Source: Nemertoderma westbladi (taxonomy: Eukaryota; Animalia; Xenacoelomorpha). From it: a stretch of DNA of 50,141 bases. The translations under genes and the position numbers were made by a program. Location of the stretch: positions 1 through 50,141 of the forward strand of contig JAUCBJ010007851.1 of the NCBI GenBank assembly GCA_032718475.1, written 5' to 3'. The notes under the pieces are model-generated. The model did no database searches. It was not told the DNA's origin and saw only the letters and a list, made by a program, of their open reading frames with translations. Shown here piece by piece: positions 1-9,502 of the stretch. Position 1 is the stretch's first letter; each line of letters starts with the position of its first letter.

Positions 1-68
1 CCGGCACAGCATTCTTAAAAATGCAGCTGCAATGCAGCATGCCGATCCTAGTAGTAGTAGTAGTAGTA
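1..68 (+). mobile_element. 3' end of an RTE-clade LINE (last codons, 3' UTR and (TAG)n tail)
   Basis: ccggcacagcattcttaaaaatgcagctgcaatgcagcatgccgatcc(tag)n is identical to the 3' end of the RTE copy at ~9222-9276 and nearly identical to the reverse complement at ~45768-45833. Confidence 0.9.
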
Positions 69-540
69 TAAGCATCCTTTACAGCATTGTCAGTTCTGAG
101 TTTCTCCCAGTCATAGTTGATTTGCTTGCTTGTCCTGGGTTTGCTGGCTCTCAAACTGAGTCTGATCTCTGCAGTCACAATTCTGTGGTCCGAACCAATT
201 AGGTTGAACGAGCTGTATGCCTCGCAGTTGATCATGCTATTTCTCCACTTTTTGTTTATAAGGATGTAATCCAGTTGTGCTTTGGTTCCATTAGGGTATT
301 GAAAGGTCCATAGCTTCCCCTTACTCTTTTCGAATGTGTTGTTTGTTGGTATCAATTCACATTCTTCCATTAGGTCTAAGAGTAAGTACCCATTTCTGTT
401 AGAACTGGTGTTATACTGTAGGTGTAACCCTTGATGTCTTCTGGGCCAATTTGCGCATTCAGGTCACCAGCAATGACTTTAACATTGTGTTTCGGGATGT
501 CCTTAATAAGTCCAGTCAGTTCTTCATAAAACTTGACTGC
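69..540 (-). pseudogene. Fragment of an RTE-type LINE apurinic-like (APE) endonuclease, frameshifted
   Basis: Manual minus-strand translation gives FYEELTGLIKDIPKHNVKVIAGDLNAQIG / NRNGYLLLDLMEECELIPTNNTFEKSKGKLWTFQYPNGTKAQLDYILINKKWRNS...SDHRIV, i.e. the GDxNA, xDYxL and SDH motifs of APE. Not in the supplied ORF track. Confidence 0.85.
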
Positions 541-1297
541 TTGTTGAAATTACAAGTAGCCCAGAATAAAGTAGTACGATTTATTAAAGACTACAAACCT
601 AGGCACCACCTAACTCCAGATGAGTTTTTGAATCTGGACTACTTAACTTAGATAGTAGAGTTAAGCAGCTACGCCGTAACCATGTGCATAAAGTGTATAA
701 TAGTAAATGTCCCAATTACCTAAAACAAAGATTCAACAGAGTACGCGATACACACTCTTACAGTACCAGAGCTAGTGCTTCAAACTTCTACCTCCCGAAT
801 TGTAAATCCTTTGAATCTGATACTTTCTTTTTTAACGGCATTAAGAATTGGAACGCTCTGCCTAATGAAATTAAAAACCTAGATAATCAACATTCTTTTA
901 AATCTGCAGTTAAATCTCACCTCCGTGTGCAATCTCAAAATAGGTACAATAGTCCTACAGTAAGTTATTAGTTTATTAATTATTTACTATTTATACTGTA
1001 ATTACGTTTTATAATAAATTGTTCTGTACATTACATCTTTATTGTTGAGTCGGACATTGTCACGCTCTCGGTAATGTTGTACATCTACATAGTGTAATTA
1101 CGTTTATATTGGTTTTAGGTTAGCGTAGTGTAATATTGTATTTGTAACCAAGTAACATAAAGGACCCCCTTGGAAATAAGCTGCAAAGCTTTAGGGGTAA
1201 TCCTATATGTTATGTTGGACAATACCTTTATACCGGTACATTGTTTGGTGTATTTGTTTTTGTTTTTACATAATGTATAAATAAATCTATCTATCTA
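541..1297 (+). mobile_element. 5'-truncated L2/CR1-group (Crack/Daphne-like) LINE 3' end: ORF2 C-terminus, 3' UTR and (ATCT)n tail
   Basis: LQVAQNKVVRFI...(frameshift near 648)...HSYSTRAS...TFFFNGIKNWNALPNEIK...FKSAVKSHL is the typical C-terminus of L2/CR1-group ORF2. The 3' UTR has a stem-loop at 1162-1203 and ends in aataaataa(atct)3. Confidence 0.8.
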
Positions 1298-1920
1298 ATG
1301 TGGAACTTTGTTGTCTACGTTGTTATGCCTTTCTGTGAAACATGCACGCCTGTTCCACCAAGAGCGTTTTATATATTTAAAAATTTTTGTTGATTTTAAT
1401 TTAATAAATTAGGTTGGTTTATTTTAATAATATAAATAGTTAGTTACACAATAAATAATAATAATAAAAACAATATAAATATTACTGGCTGACTTACTGC
1501 TGTACCGCAACTGAATACTGAATAACTGCTCGTCTCGGTACCGGTAACCAAGGCGACCGATTACCCCCTTGGGCCTACCTTATCGTCCCTACTACAGTCG
1601 GCATTGTTTATTTCTCGCCTTCGACGGAGTCGAGTTCCCCTTCCTCTGGGCTGAGACCACCTGTTTCAAGCGTCCCCGCGAGTTAGTTGTCATCCTCGTG
1701 GTTTGGGCCGTTCTCCCACCGTGTGGTTTTCTGCCAGCAATTTCATCCCGAACCGAGTTCAGGTGCGCAGACAACTTACTGGACCGGGAGCCGTATTCCC
1801 CCTCGTCCACTCCTACCAGGGAAAGTTTCACATGCTTTTTCTTCTTTGAACCTTTTTCTAAACCACGCAGGTGAGGAATATTTGTTCGGTTCACTTAGCC
1901 GTCTCACCCACCTCATTGAT

Positions 1921-2128
1921 TTAATTACCCGTTCATATAACTGTTTCATCCCATCTCATTGTGTTAATTACCCGTTCATATAACTGTTTCATCCCATCTC
2001 ATTGTGTTAATTACCTGTTCATACAACTGTTTCATCCCATCTCATTGTGTTAATTACCTGTTCATACAACTGTTTCATCCCATCTCATTGTGTTAATTAC
2101 CTGTTCATATAATGTTTCATCCCATCTC
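1921..2128 (+). repeat. 43-bp tandem repeat, ~5 copies, in the putative 5' UTR of the CRE element
   Basis: Unit ttaattacc(c/t)gttcata(t/c)aactgtttcatcccatctcattgtg starts at 1921, 1964, 2007, 2050 and 2093. Confidence 0.95.
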
Positions 2129-2693
2129 GTCGTTTAAATTATCGCCCACCATTACGTTTATATGGTTTATTACTTTTCTTTATAGCTCATAAATTAATAA
2201 TAATAATATTATATTATTTTATTATATCTCATTATCCAGACTGCAAAGCGTTCCTTGTTGTACCCTTTATGTTTGTCTGTTTTGTGTTTATGTCTGTTCG
2301 TGTGTGTTCAGTAACTTGTTAATTGATGTTATTGCATGTGACTGTTTATATTGTTTCCTGTTGCATTTTTTAAGTTCGTCTGTTCGGATTAGGTTATGTC
2401 TGTTATGCTACTGCACTAATACAACACTGCAGACCATTAGTATTTTTGATTGCAAACCAACTCTAAATTCCTATTATTATGGTTGCATAATGGTAATTTC
2501 CAAAGAAAGCTTGAACTGTGTCCATTGTACTCAATATCATGTTATCTAATTATTTGCTGCACTATTAATTAATTATTGTTTTATGTATTGACCATTTTTC
2601 TCTTACATGTCAATTTGTGCCCTACATTACAGTCTAAAATTGTAATATTTATTTCACTGTCACAGTACATAGTGGTCATCCATATCCATCCGC

Positions 2694-3497
2694 ATGATGA
2701 ACCTTGAAGATAGCATCATATGCCTTTCTGAAAGCGTCATCCGCCATGACCCACCTCCTGACACTGAAAATACCTACTCATTATCAGGTGTCCTTATGTC
2801 TGAAAGTGACATAGAGCGGCTCAATGACCCCAAAGGGTGGTTATCTGACAACCTAATAGATGCTGTCATTAGCCACCTATGTGGCCAATACCCTGGTAGG
2901 ACTAAGGTGTTCAACGCTCATTTTCTAGACACTTTTTCGAACCGCGGCTCTCATATAACGCAACGTCAAACTGATACTAGCATACTCCAGTATGACTTCC
3001 TGTTCTTTACAGTCAATATTAGGGGTTACCACTGGGCTCTGGCTGTTGTGCGTCCCAAGGCCCGGGTCATATTTTACTTTGATTCTATGGCGTGGCCTAA
3101 CCCGGGCACTTTAAATACCATACAACGATGGGTCTCTTTTGAGGCATCTAGGTGTAACGTGACCATCCCGCCTTTTATGGTACGCCAGCTCCCCAAGAGA
3201 CTTCAGTACGACGGCTCAAGTTGTGGCATCTACGTTATCAGGTTTGTTAAGATGTGTTTGGATGGAGGTTCACTCGACGGTATAAATGATAATTCCATCG
3301 GTACTTTTAGGGTTTGGGTGGCCTCCCTTGTGAAAACATCAGCCACTGTGATCCCACCTGCCACCCCAATTAACACTACCGCACAACCTGCGCCCCTCCT
3401 ACCTGCCCCTCACAAACCGGACCCCCCCCCCCCCCATCAGGAAACCCCACAAATTGATCCACCCCCATCAGGACCACCGCAAAAAAGGTCCACCTAA
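2694..3497 (+). CDS. Ulp1/SENP-like cysteine protease (Peptidase C48), N-terminal part of the retrotransposon polyprotein
   Basis: WLSDNLID, catalytic His in HWALAVV, Asp in FYFDSM, oxyanion Gln and catalytic Cys in QYDGSSCGIYV. The ORF runs into the Pro-rich repeat shared with the next ORF. Confidence 0.88.
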   Translation: MMNLEDSIICLSESVIRHDPPPDTENTYSLSGVLMSESDIERLNDPKGWLSDNLIDAVISHLCGQYPGRTKVFNAHFLDTFSNRGSHITQRQTDTSILQYDFLFFTVNIRGYHWALAVVRPKARVIFYFDSMAWPNPGTLNTIQRWVSFEASRCNVTIPPFMVRQLPKRLQYDGSSCGIYVIRFVKMCLDGGSLDGINDNSIGTFRVWVASLVKTSATVIPPATPINTTAQPAPLLPAPHKPDPPPPHQETPQIDPPPSGPPQKRST

Positions 3498-3905
3498 ACC
3501 GGATCCCCCTATACATGATACCCATGCTATACCAGACCCCCCTAAACCGGATCCCCCTATACGTGATACCCCTGCTAAACCAGACCCCGCTCAACCAGAT
3601 CCCCATAAACCAGACCCCCCTCAACAAGATCCCCCTAAACCAGACCCCCCTAAACCGGATCCCCCTATACGTGATACCCCTGCTAAACAAGACCCCCCTC
3701 AACCAGATCCCCATAAACCAGACCCCCCTCAACAAAACCCACCTAAACCAGATCCCCCTAAACCGGATCCCCCCATAAATGATACCCATGCTAAACCAGA
3801 CCCCCAACAACCAGATCCCACTAAACCGGATCCCCCTACACATGATACCCCTGCCAAACCAGACCCCCCTAAACCTGACCCCACTAAGCCTGATACCCCT
3901 AAACC
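3413..3905 (+). repeat. Coding minisatellite: ~15-bp (xxDPP) units organised in a 108-bp (36-aa) higher-order unit
   Basis: aaaccggatcccc recurs at 3544, 3652 and 3760 (108-bp spacing); translation KPDPPIRDTPAKPDPAQPDPHKPDPPQQDPPKPDPP. Confidence 0.9.
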
Positions 3906-6900
3906 AGCTCCAGCTTCCACTAGCAGCAAGCATTCTACTAGATCAACCACGTCTAGTCAACCGCAACTGCCCCAACAGACCCTTCAGGCCAAGGAAATCA
4001 ACAAACAGTGCCACCAGTGCCACTCTGTTAATTTAAGGAAACAAACTATTAGCTGCAACCATTGCACATTGATATTTCACCTCTCATGCATCGGTATGAC
4101 CAAAGCTCAAGCTGCTCTCAGTAAGGCTTGGCAGTGTGATCATTGTGCGACATGTGCAGACGAGACAGACAACACGGGCAACACCTCTCATAGGATCGCG
4201 AGCCAACAACAGAGCCAGCATTCAACAAACAATGTTCCCCTGCAACCCAAACCTGTTGAGATCGACGAAGTGACCAAAACTCCATCTCATGACACGCAGA
4301 CCCACCCGAATAACATTTGTAAACGGCAAGACGCTAATGGTAACATTGTTATAAGCAACAACCAATCAGACACCCAAAGACAATCTTCCCAGTCTCCTAG
4401 TTCAACGGGTTCCAATCGGGTAATATGCAATACCTGCACACATGCTTGTCTAAGGAATGCAGATGGCAAAATCCGTCGTCACAAAGGTATAGATGGTGTC
4501 TGCCCCGGGTCTGGCTCTTTCCATTCCCAACATAATGACTCCACCCAATGCAATGTACCACGGACCACCAACTCAGATGATTGCACTGCCAGTGTTGGGC
4601 CCCCTCCTGACCCATCTACACAGAATGCATTGCTCACAGCCATGGACCTCCTTGCCATCATCCGCTCAGCTAGATGCCGGGTTCTTAAGTTCATCCCACG
4701 CGGCTCTAGGATAAAGTTCTCCCTCTGCTTCCAGGATGTTATCCACAAGGTTTTACGTGATCCTACAAACACTCTTAATTGGCGTAACATGCTAATTATG
4801 CCTCAGTTATGCCTCAGGAAACCTGACAGAGGAGGACGTAACCGCCGCGTCTCACTTGCAACACTGATAAACAAACAGATCTGTGCATTTGTCTCATCAC
4901 CTGATCCATCATGCCTCATTAAGCCACTGCCTAACAGATCAACAAAGGGAAAACCAAATGGTAAACCAATTAGTGACGAACGATTGCTTGAAAGGATTGC
5001 AACATCAGTCGCAGAAAAACTTGACGAAGGTGATGTCAGGGGTGCAATCCGTATTGCTTGCTCAATCGACTCTCTCGCACCATTCGATGCAGTAACCCAT
5101 GAAAAACTAATAGCAAAACACCCACCATGTCCAACAGATCGCCGTGAATTCCCAGCATCCTCTGTTCCTCCACTAACTTTAAGTCCTAGTGCAGTCAAAG
5201 GGGCAGTTGATAGTTTCCCACCTGGTAGTGCAGGGGGTCTTTCAGGATTGCGCCCTCAACACCTGAAAGATTGTCTATCGAAAAGGAATCAGGCCTCTGG
5301 GGTCCCCCTCCTGGAAGAACTCACCGAATTAGTCAACCTAATTCTCTCCGGCTCAGTTCCTTCAGTGGTCCGCCCAATCTTTGCCGGTGCAGCATTAACA
5401 GCATTCATAAAGAAGGATGGGGGGACCCGTCCAATAGCTGTCGGAGAGACCCTAAGGCGCCTTGTCGCGAAAGGCGCATCTAAATCACAGGTTGAAAGCT
5501 GCTCTAGGAAGTTATGTCCTTTACAACTCGGGTTTGGAGTGCCGGGTGGTGCTGAGGCAGCAGCCCATGCTACCAGAAGCTACGCTTCATCAGCACAACC
5601 AGGTGAAGTACTGTTGAAACTAGATTTCAAAAACGCCTTCAATACCATCCGCCGTGACTTTGTTGCTGAATGCATTGCTGAAGATGCACCACAATTGCTA
5701 CCATTTTTTGACACGTGCTACAATGAGGACACAATACTGACATTCGGAAGTGAACTAACAATCGACTCTTCAGAAGGATTTCAGCAGGGTGACCCCTTGG
5801 CTATATACGGATTTTGCTCAGGTTTGCATAAGAAGCTCCAGATCCTTCTCTCACGCTTAAAATTAGCCTATGTTGACGATGTCTCAATGGGGGATGCATG
5901 GGAGAGAGTATTGGAAGACTTATTTAGTTTCCGTAAAGCTTGTGAGGAAATCGGGCTGGAGCTAAACACACCCAAGTGTGAACTGATAGTTTTCCACCCA
6001 GAAAGTGCAAATGCCCCACAAATCATTGCTGCATTCAGGGATGTTTTGCCTGACATCACACTGACCCCTGCGGAAGACTTAATCATTCTGGGCTCCCCAA
6101 TCGGACCAAGGGCACTGACATCTGCATTGACAGATAAGTATGACGCTCTGAAAGTGTTTGCAAGTCGCCTCCTCATCCTAAACAGCCATGATGCCTACTA
6201 CCTTCTCCGTAACTGCCTTGCTATCCCAAAGCTAACTTATATACTCAGAACTTCACCTGCATTTGTGGCAAAGGAAATCCTCTCTGATATGGACAACTGT
6301 CTACGTGAGACCCTAGCATCCATTACCAATGCGTCTATGACTGAATCAGTTTGGAGGCAGGCCACCCTACCATGTTGCCTGGGAGGGATTGGTATCCCAA
6401 TGCCATCTGTAGTTGCTCCTGGTGCATATCTGGCTTCCGTCAGTAAATGCCGTTCCCTAACAAACCAAATTCATACTGTCGATGCCCCTGCAACAACATT
6501 CCAAGACGCACTAAATGTCTGGCGTTCACTAGGTGGAACTTGTATTCCAAATCAACTTGACTCACAGAGAAGTTGGCTTGAACCGCTCTATAAGCTTCAG
6601 GCTGACCAGTTACTTACATCCGCAAGTCCATCAGATACAGGTCGTATCAGGGGGTGCCAGGCACCAGGATCTGCCGACTGGTTGAACACACTTCCATCTG
6701 GAACACTTGCCCTCCGTTTGTCGAATGTACAGTTTACGATAGCTGCTGGCCTACGCCTCGGTGCACCTGTTTGTACTCCCCATACTTGTGTATGTGGCGC
6801 TGAAGCTGATGGTCTTGGCTACCACTCTTTGTCGTGCAAATCGACAAAGAGTAAACACGGACGACATAGGGAGGGGAATAACGCCATACATAGAGCGTTT

Positions 6901-7359
6901 TCTTCGGCAGAGATCCCGTCCACACTTGAACCTGTTGGACTCTGCAGGAATGATGGCAAGCGGCCAGACGGCGCAACTCACCTAAACTGGTCCCAGGGAA
7001 AAAGACTGGCATGGGACTTTACTTGTGTGAATCGCATGGCAGCTTCATACAGCAATTTGGCTGAATCGGAGGGTTCTGCCGTAGCCGAAATGGCCGAAGC
7101 TAGAAAGATCGCCAAATACAGCGACATTTCGTCTACTGTCATTCTCCAACCAATCGCGGTGGAAACGCTAGGAGGATTTGGTCCTCTGACTTTAAAGTTC
7201 CTCCGCGAAATCGGGAGAAAGATAATATCAGTCAACGGCGACCCGCGCTCTTCTATATACTTGAGACAGCGCCTCGGCATCTGCGTACAGGCTGGCAATG
7301 CCTCTTGCATCATCGAGTCACTAAACTACACGCCACCGATACCAGTAAAAGAACTTTAA
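3454..7359 (+). CDS. CRE-type polyprotein: Pro-rich repeat, PHD finger, CCHC-like Zn finger, reverse transcriptase, Zn knuckle, PD-(D/E)xK restriction-like endonuclease
   Basis: PHD C4HC3 (CHQC..CNHC..FHLSC..WQCDHC); CNTC..RH..CPGSG; RT motifs RPIAVGETLRRL, LDFKNAFN, QQGDPL, YVDD, GLELNTPK, LGSPIG; CVCG..HSLSC knuckle; RLE motifs RH, EP, RPDG, WDFT, KIAKY, PIAVETLG. Confidence 0.93.
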   Translation: MIHPHQDHRKKGPPKPDPPIHDTHAIPDPPKPDPPIRDTPAKPDPAQPDPHKPDPPQQDPPKPDPPKPDPPIRDTPAKQDPPQPDPHKPDPPQQNPPKPDPPKPDPPINDTHAKPDPQQPDPTKPDPPTHDTPAKPDPPKPDPTKPDTPKPAPASTSSKHSTRSTTSSQPQLPQQTLQAKEINKQCHQCHSVNLRKQTISCNHCTLIFHLSCIGMTKAQAALSKAWQCDHCATCADETDNTGNTSHRIASQQQSQHSTNNVPLQPKPVEIDEVTKTPSHDTQTHPNNICKRQDANGNIVISNNQSDTQRQSSQSPSSTGSNRVICNTCTHACLRNADGKIRRHKGIDGVCPGSGSFHSQHNDSTQCNVPRTTNSDDCTASVGPPPDPSTQNALLTAMDLLAIIRSARCRVLKFIPRGSRIKFSLCFQDVIHKVLRDPTNTLNWRNMLIMPQLCLRKPDRGGRNRRVSLATLINKQICAFVSSPDPSCLIKPLPNRSTKGKPNGKPISDERLLERIATSVAEKLDEGDVRGAIRIACSIDSLAPFDAVTHEKLIAKHPPCPTDRREFPASSVPPLTLSPSAVKGAVDSFPPGSAGGLSGLRPQHLKDCLSKRNQASGVPLLEELTELVNLILSGSVPSVVRPIFAGAALTAFIKKDGGTRPIAVGETLRRLVAKGASKSQVESCSRKLCPLQLGFGVPGGAEAAAHATRSYASSAQPGEVLLKLDFKNAFNTIRRDFVAECIAEDAPQLLPFFDTCYNEDTILTFGSELTIDSSEGFQQGDPLAIYGFCSGLHKKLQILLSRLKLAYVDDVSMGDAWERVLEDLFSFRKACEEIGLELNTPKCELIVFHPESANAPQIIAAFRDVLPDITLTPAEDLIILGSPIGPRALTSALTDKYDALKVFASRLLILNSHDAYYLLRNCLAIPKLTYILRTSPAFVAKEILSDMDNCLRETLASITNASMTESVWRQATLPCCLGGIGIPMPSVVAPGAYLASVSKCRSLTNQIHTVDAPATTFQDALNVWRSLGGTCIPNQLDSQRSWLEPLYKLQADQLLTSASPSDTGRIRGCQAPGSADWLNTLPSGTLALRLSNVQFTIAAGLRLGAPVCTPHTCVCGAEADGLGYHSLSCKSTKSKHGRHREGNNAIHRAFSSAEIPSTLEPVGLCRNDGKRPDGATHLNWSQGKRLAWDFTCVNRMAASYSNLAESEGSAVAEMAEARKIAKYSDISSTVILQPIAVETLGGFGPLTLKFLREIGRKIISVNGDPRSSIYLRQRLGICVQAGNASCIIESLNYTPPIPVKEL

Positions 7360-7904
7360 CAAGACAATGTGATAGCATGGTCAGCTGACACGCATGCGTA
7401 TTTTTCCCAAATGTTTTTTGGAAAAAATCCAAGTCCGTATTCGTGCTGATTCCATCTCTCGTAACAACACTGAATTATAATGATTACACCGACATCCTGG
7501 GGTCCGATCTAGCTTCATAATAGGGCAAAATTTCGTATATATTTGTAAATGATTAAATACTTGCATTTACAATCTTTTTTTTCTTTTTTTATACTTATTA
7601 ATATATTTTAATATTTTTAATAATTAATATTTTAATATTAATCATAAATGCTAATTTTTACTCATTACTACATTTTACATTTGATTAAATTTACTTAGGT
7701 TAATTTACAATAAGTTGAGTAAATTATGTAATAACATTAATAATATATATATATTTAAAATAAAATAAATTAGTTAATTAATTAATTGTAAATACTGCGA
7801 CTGTAAGACAAACTGAATAAAATTAAATACATCGTTTATTTCCCATCTAATGTGGAACTTGATAAACTTTTTAAATAATTTTGATGATTAATTAATTTTG
7901 AAAA

Positions 7905-7954
7905 TTAAAAATGCAGCTGCAATGCAGCATGCCGATCCTAGTAGTAGTAGTAGT
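7905..7954 (+). mobile_element. Isolated ~50-bp RTE 3' tail with (TAG)5, fused directly to the next RTE copy
   Basis: taaaaatgcagctgcaatgcagcatgccgatcc(tag)5 is identical to the tail at ~9237-9276. Confidence 0.88.
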
Positions 7955-9276
7955 ATACAATAGAATTCTATTAAATCGCATCAGGGATCCCATTGAGAGA
8001 CTGCTCCGTGGAAATCAGAATGGGTTCCGTAAAGGTCGTGGGACCATGGAACCCATTTTGGCATTCAGAAGGATAATTGAAGAGTTATCAAAAAAGAAAG
8101 ACAGGCATCTGGCTGTTATCTTTGTTGACTTCTTCAAAGCCTTTGATTCAGTCTCCCGTTCACGTATGTTCAGCATACTTTCATTATATGAGATTCCTGA
8201 TGAAATTATTGCAGCAATCAGATCAGTATACGGTGGTTCGACAACGTTTGTATCTACTGTTGATGGTGACACAGAACCATTTGAAGTGTTATGGGGCGTC
8301 CTCCGGGGAGACACACTTGCACCATTCTTGTTCATAATTGTGGTTGACTATGTTCTACGCATGTCCTTAGATCATCATAATGATGATGGGGTGATGATAA
8401 CTCCACCTACTGGCTCCAGAAGTCGAGGAGGTCATGCCAAGTACCTAACTGATCTAGACTTTGCTGATGACTTAGGAGTACTCTCAGAATCACTAGAGGG
8501 AGCCCAACGGCTCCTCAGCTCATTAGAACATGCTGCTTCTAGTGTTGGTCTTTTTATTAACTCCAGAAAGACCAAAATTTTGACAGTTAACTTTGAAAGT
8601 TCTCAGCAAGTCTCTGATCGGATGAGCATAAGCTCAAAGGATGGTATGCTTGAGCATGTAGACGACTTCTGTTACCTGGGATCATGGATCCGGAAGTCAG
8701 GTGAGGACCTTCGAATACGTAAGGGAAAGGCATGGGCAGCCTTGAATAGGCTTTCCAAGATTTGGAAGTCACCGAGAATTAATCGGAAACTTAAGGTCCG
8801 ATTATTTAGAGCAGCAGTAGTTCCAGTACTCCTCTATGGGAGTCCATGCTGGGCTCTAACTGCTGAGGACACCAAATCTCTGGATGGCACATTCTCAAGA
8901 ATGCTACGCCGGGTTCATTATGTCAAGTACAATGCACACATCTCCAACCAGACACTATATAACATTGGTGGTGTCTCATTGGTTCCCCCAAGCTTGACAC
9001 TAGAACAAAATCGCCTCCGCTTTGCAGGACATTGCTTTCGCCGTGAGGACCAGTCAGTGCATAATCTTGTACTTTGGCAGCCTCATGGAATGAATAAGCA
9101 TGGTGGACAGCCCATGACTTTCTTGAGACGCATCTTAAAGGACACTGGCCTTGAAGATGCGGATGATCTAGCAAATGTCATGGGTGATACGGAGTTGTGG
9201 CGGTGCAATTTTGTCGATAAGCCGGCACAGCATTCTTAAAAATGCAGCTGCAATGCAGCATGCCGATCCTAGTAGT
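7955..9276 (+). mobile_element. 5'-truncated RTE-clade LINE (RT domain to 3' tail; ORF stops at 9239)
   Basis: QNGFRKGR, FVDFFKAFDSV, GVLRGDTLAPFLF, DLDFADD, FCYLGS, LLYGS..W, RLRFAGHC, followed by a short 3' UTR and tagtag tail. The predicted ATG at 7911 comes from the upstream tail, not from the element. Confidence 0.93.
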
Positions 9277-9468
9277 TCATAGTCATTACATTTTAACTTC
9301 AATTGATCGTTTTTAATCATGTTTTTAAGTTACAACCCATGTTTTTAGCTAACTGTTTAACGTAATTTAGTATTTAGTATATTTGGTCTGTATATTGTGG
9401 TTGTATTGTGCAGTTCTGTTGTACCAAGCGCCTTGATCTACTGCACTTTTGTAAAGGCGCTATATAAA

Positions 9469-9500
<32 letters not shown>
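9277..9500 (+). mobile_element. L2-type LINE/SINE 3' end with terminal stem-loop and (ATT)10 tail
   Basis: aagcgccttga...aaggcgctatataaatc(att)n: gcgcctt/aaggcgc stem followed by a short-repeat tail, as in L2-clade 3' termini. Confidence 0.7.

Positions 9501-9502
<2 letters not shown>

Larger units (their letters stand above)
1530..7600 (+). mobile_element. CRE-clade (RLE-type) non-LTR retrotransposon, near full length; ends approximate
   Basis: GC-richer 5' leader, 43-bp tandem repeats, Ulp1 ORF, RT/RLE ORF and a short 3' UTR, bounded on both sides by AT-rich DNA. The RT and RLE motifs resemble CRE/Cnl1/MoTeR-type elements. Confidence 0.75.

Noticed and set aside
451-651. 66-aa ORF as a gene
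   Set aside because: Chimera of the antisense APE fragment and the L2-like ORF2 fragment.
3376-4036. Antisense and alternative-frame ORFs (185 aa GIRFRG-rich, 87 aa, 85 aa, 73 aa)
   Set aside because: Shadows of the Pro-rich coding minisatellite.
7911-7954. N-terminus MQLQCSMPILVVVVV as a signal peptide or true start
   Set aside because: It is the translated RTE 3' UTR plus (GTA)n tail.
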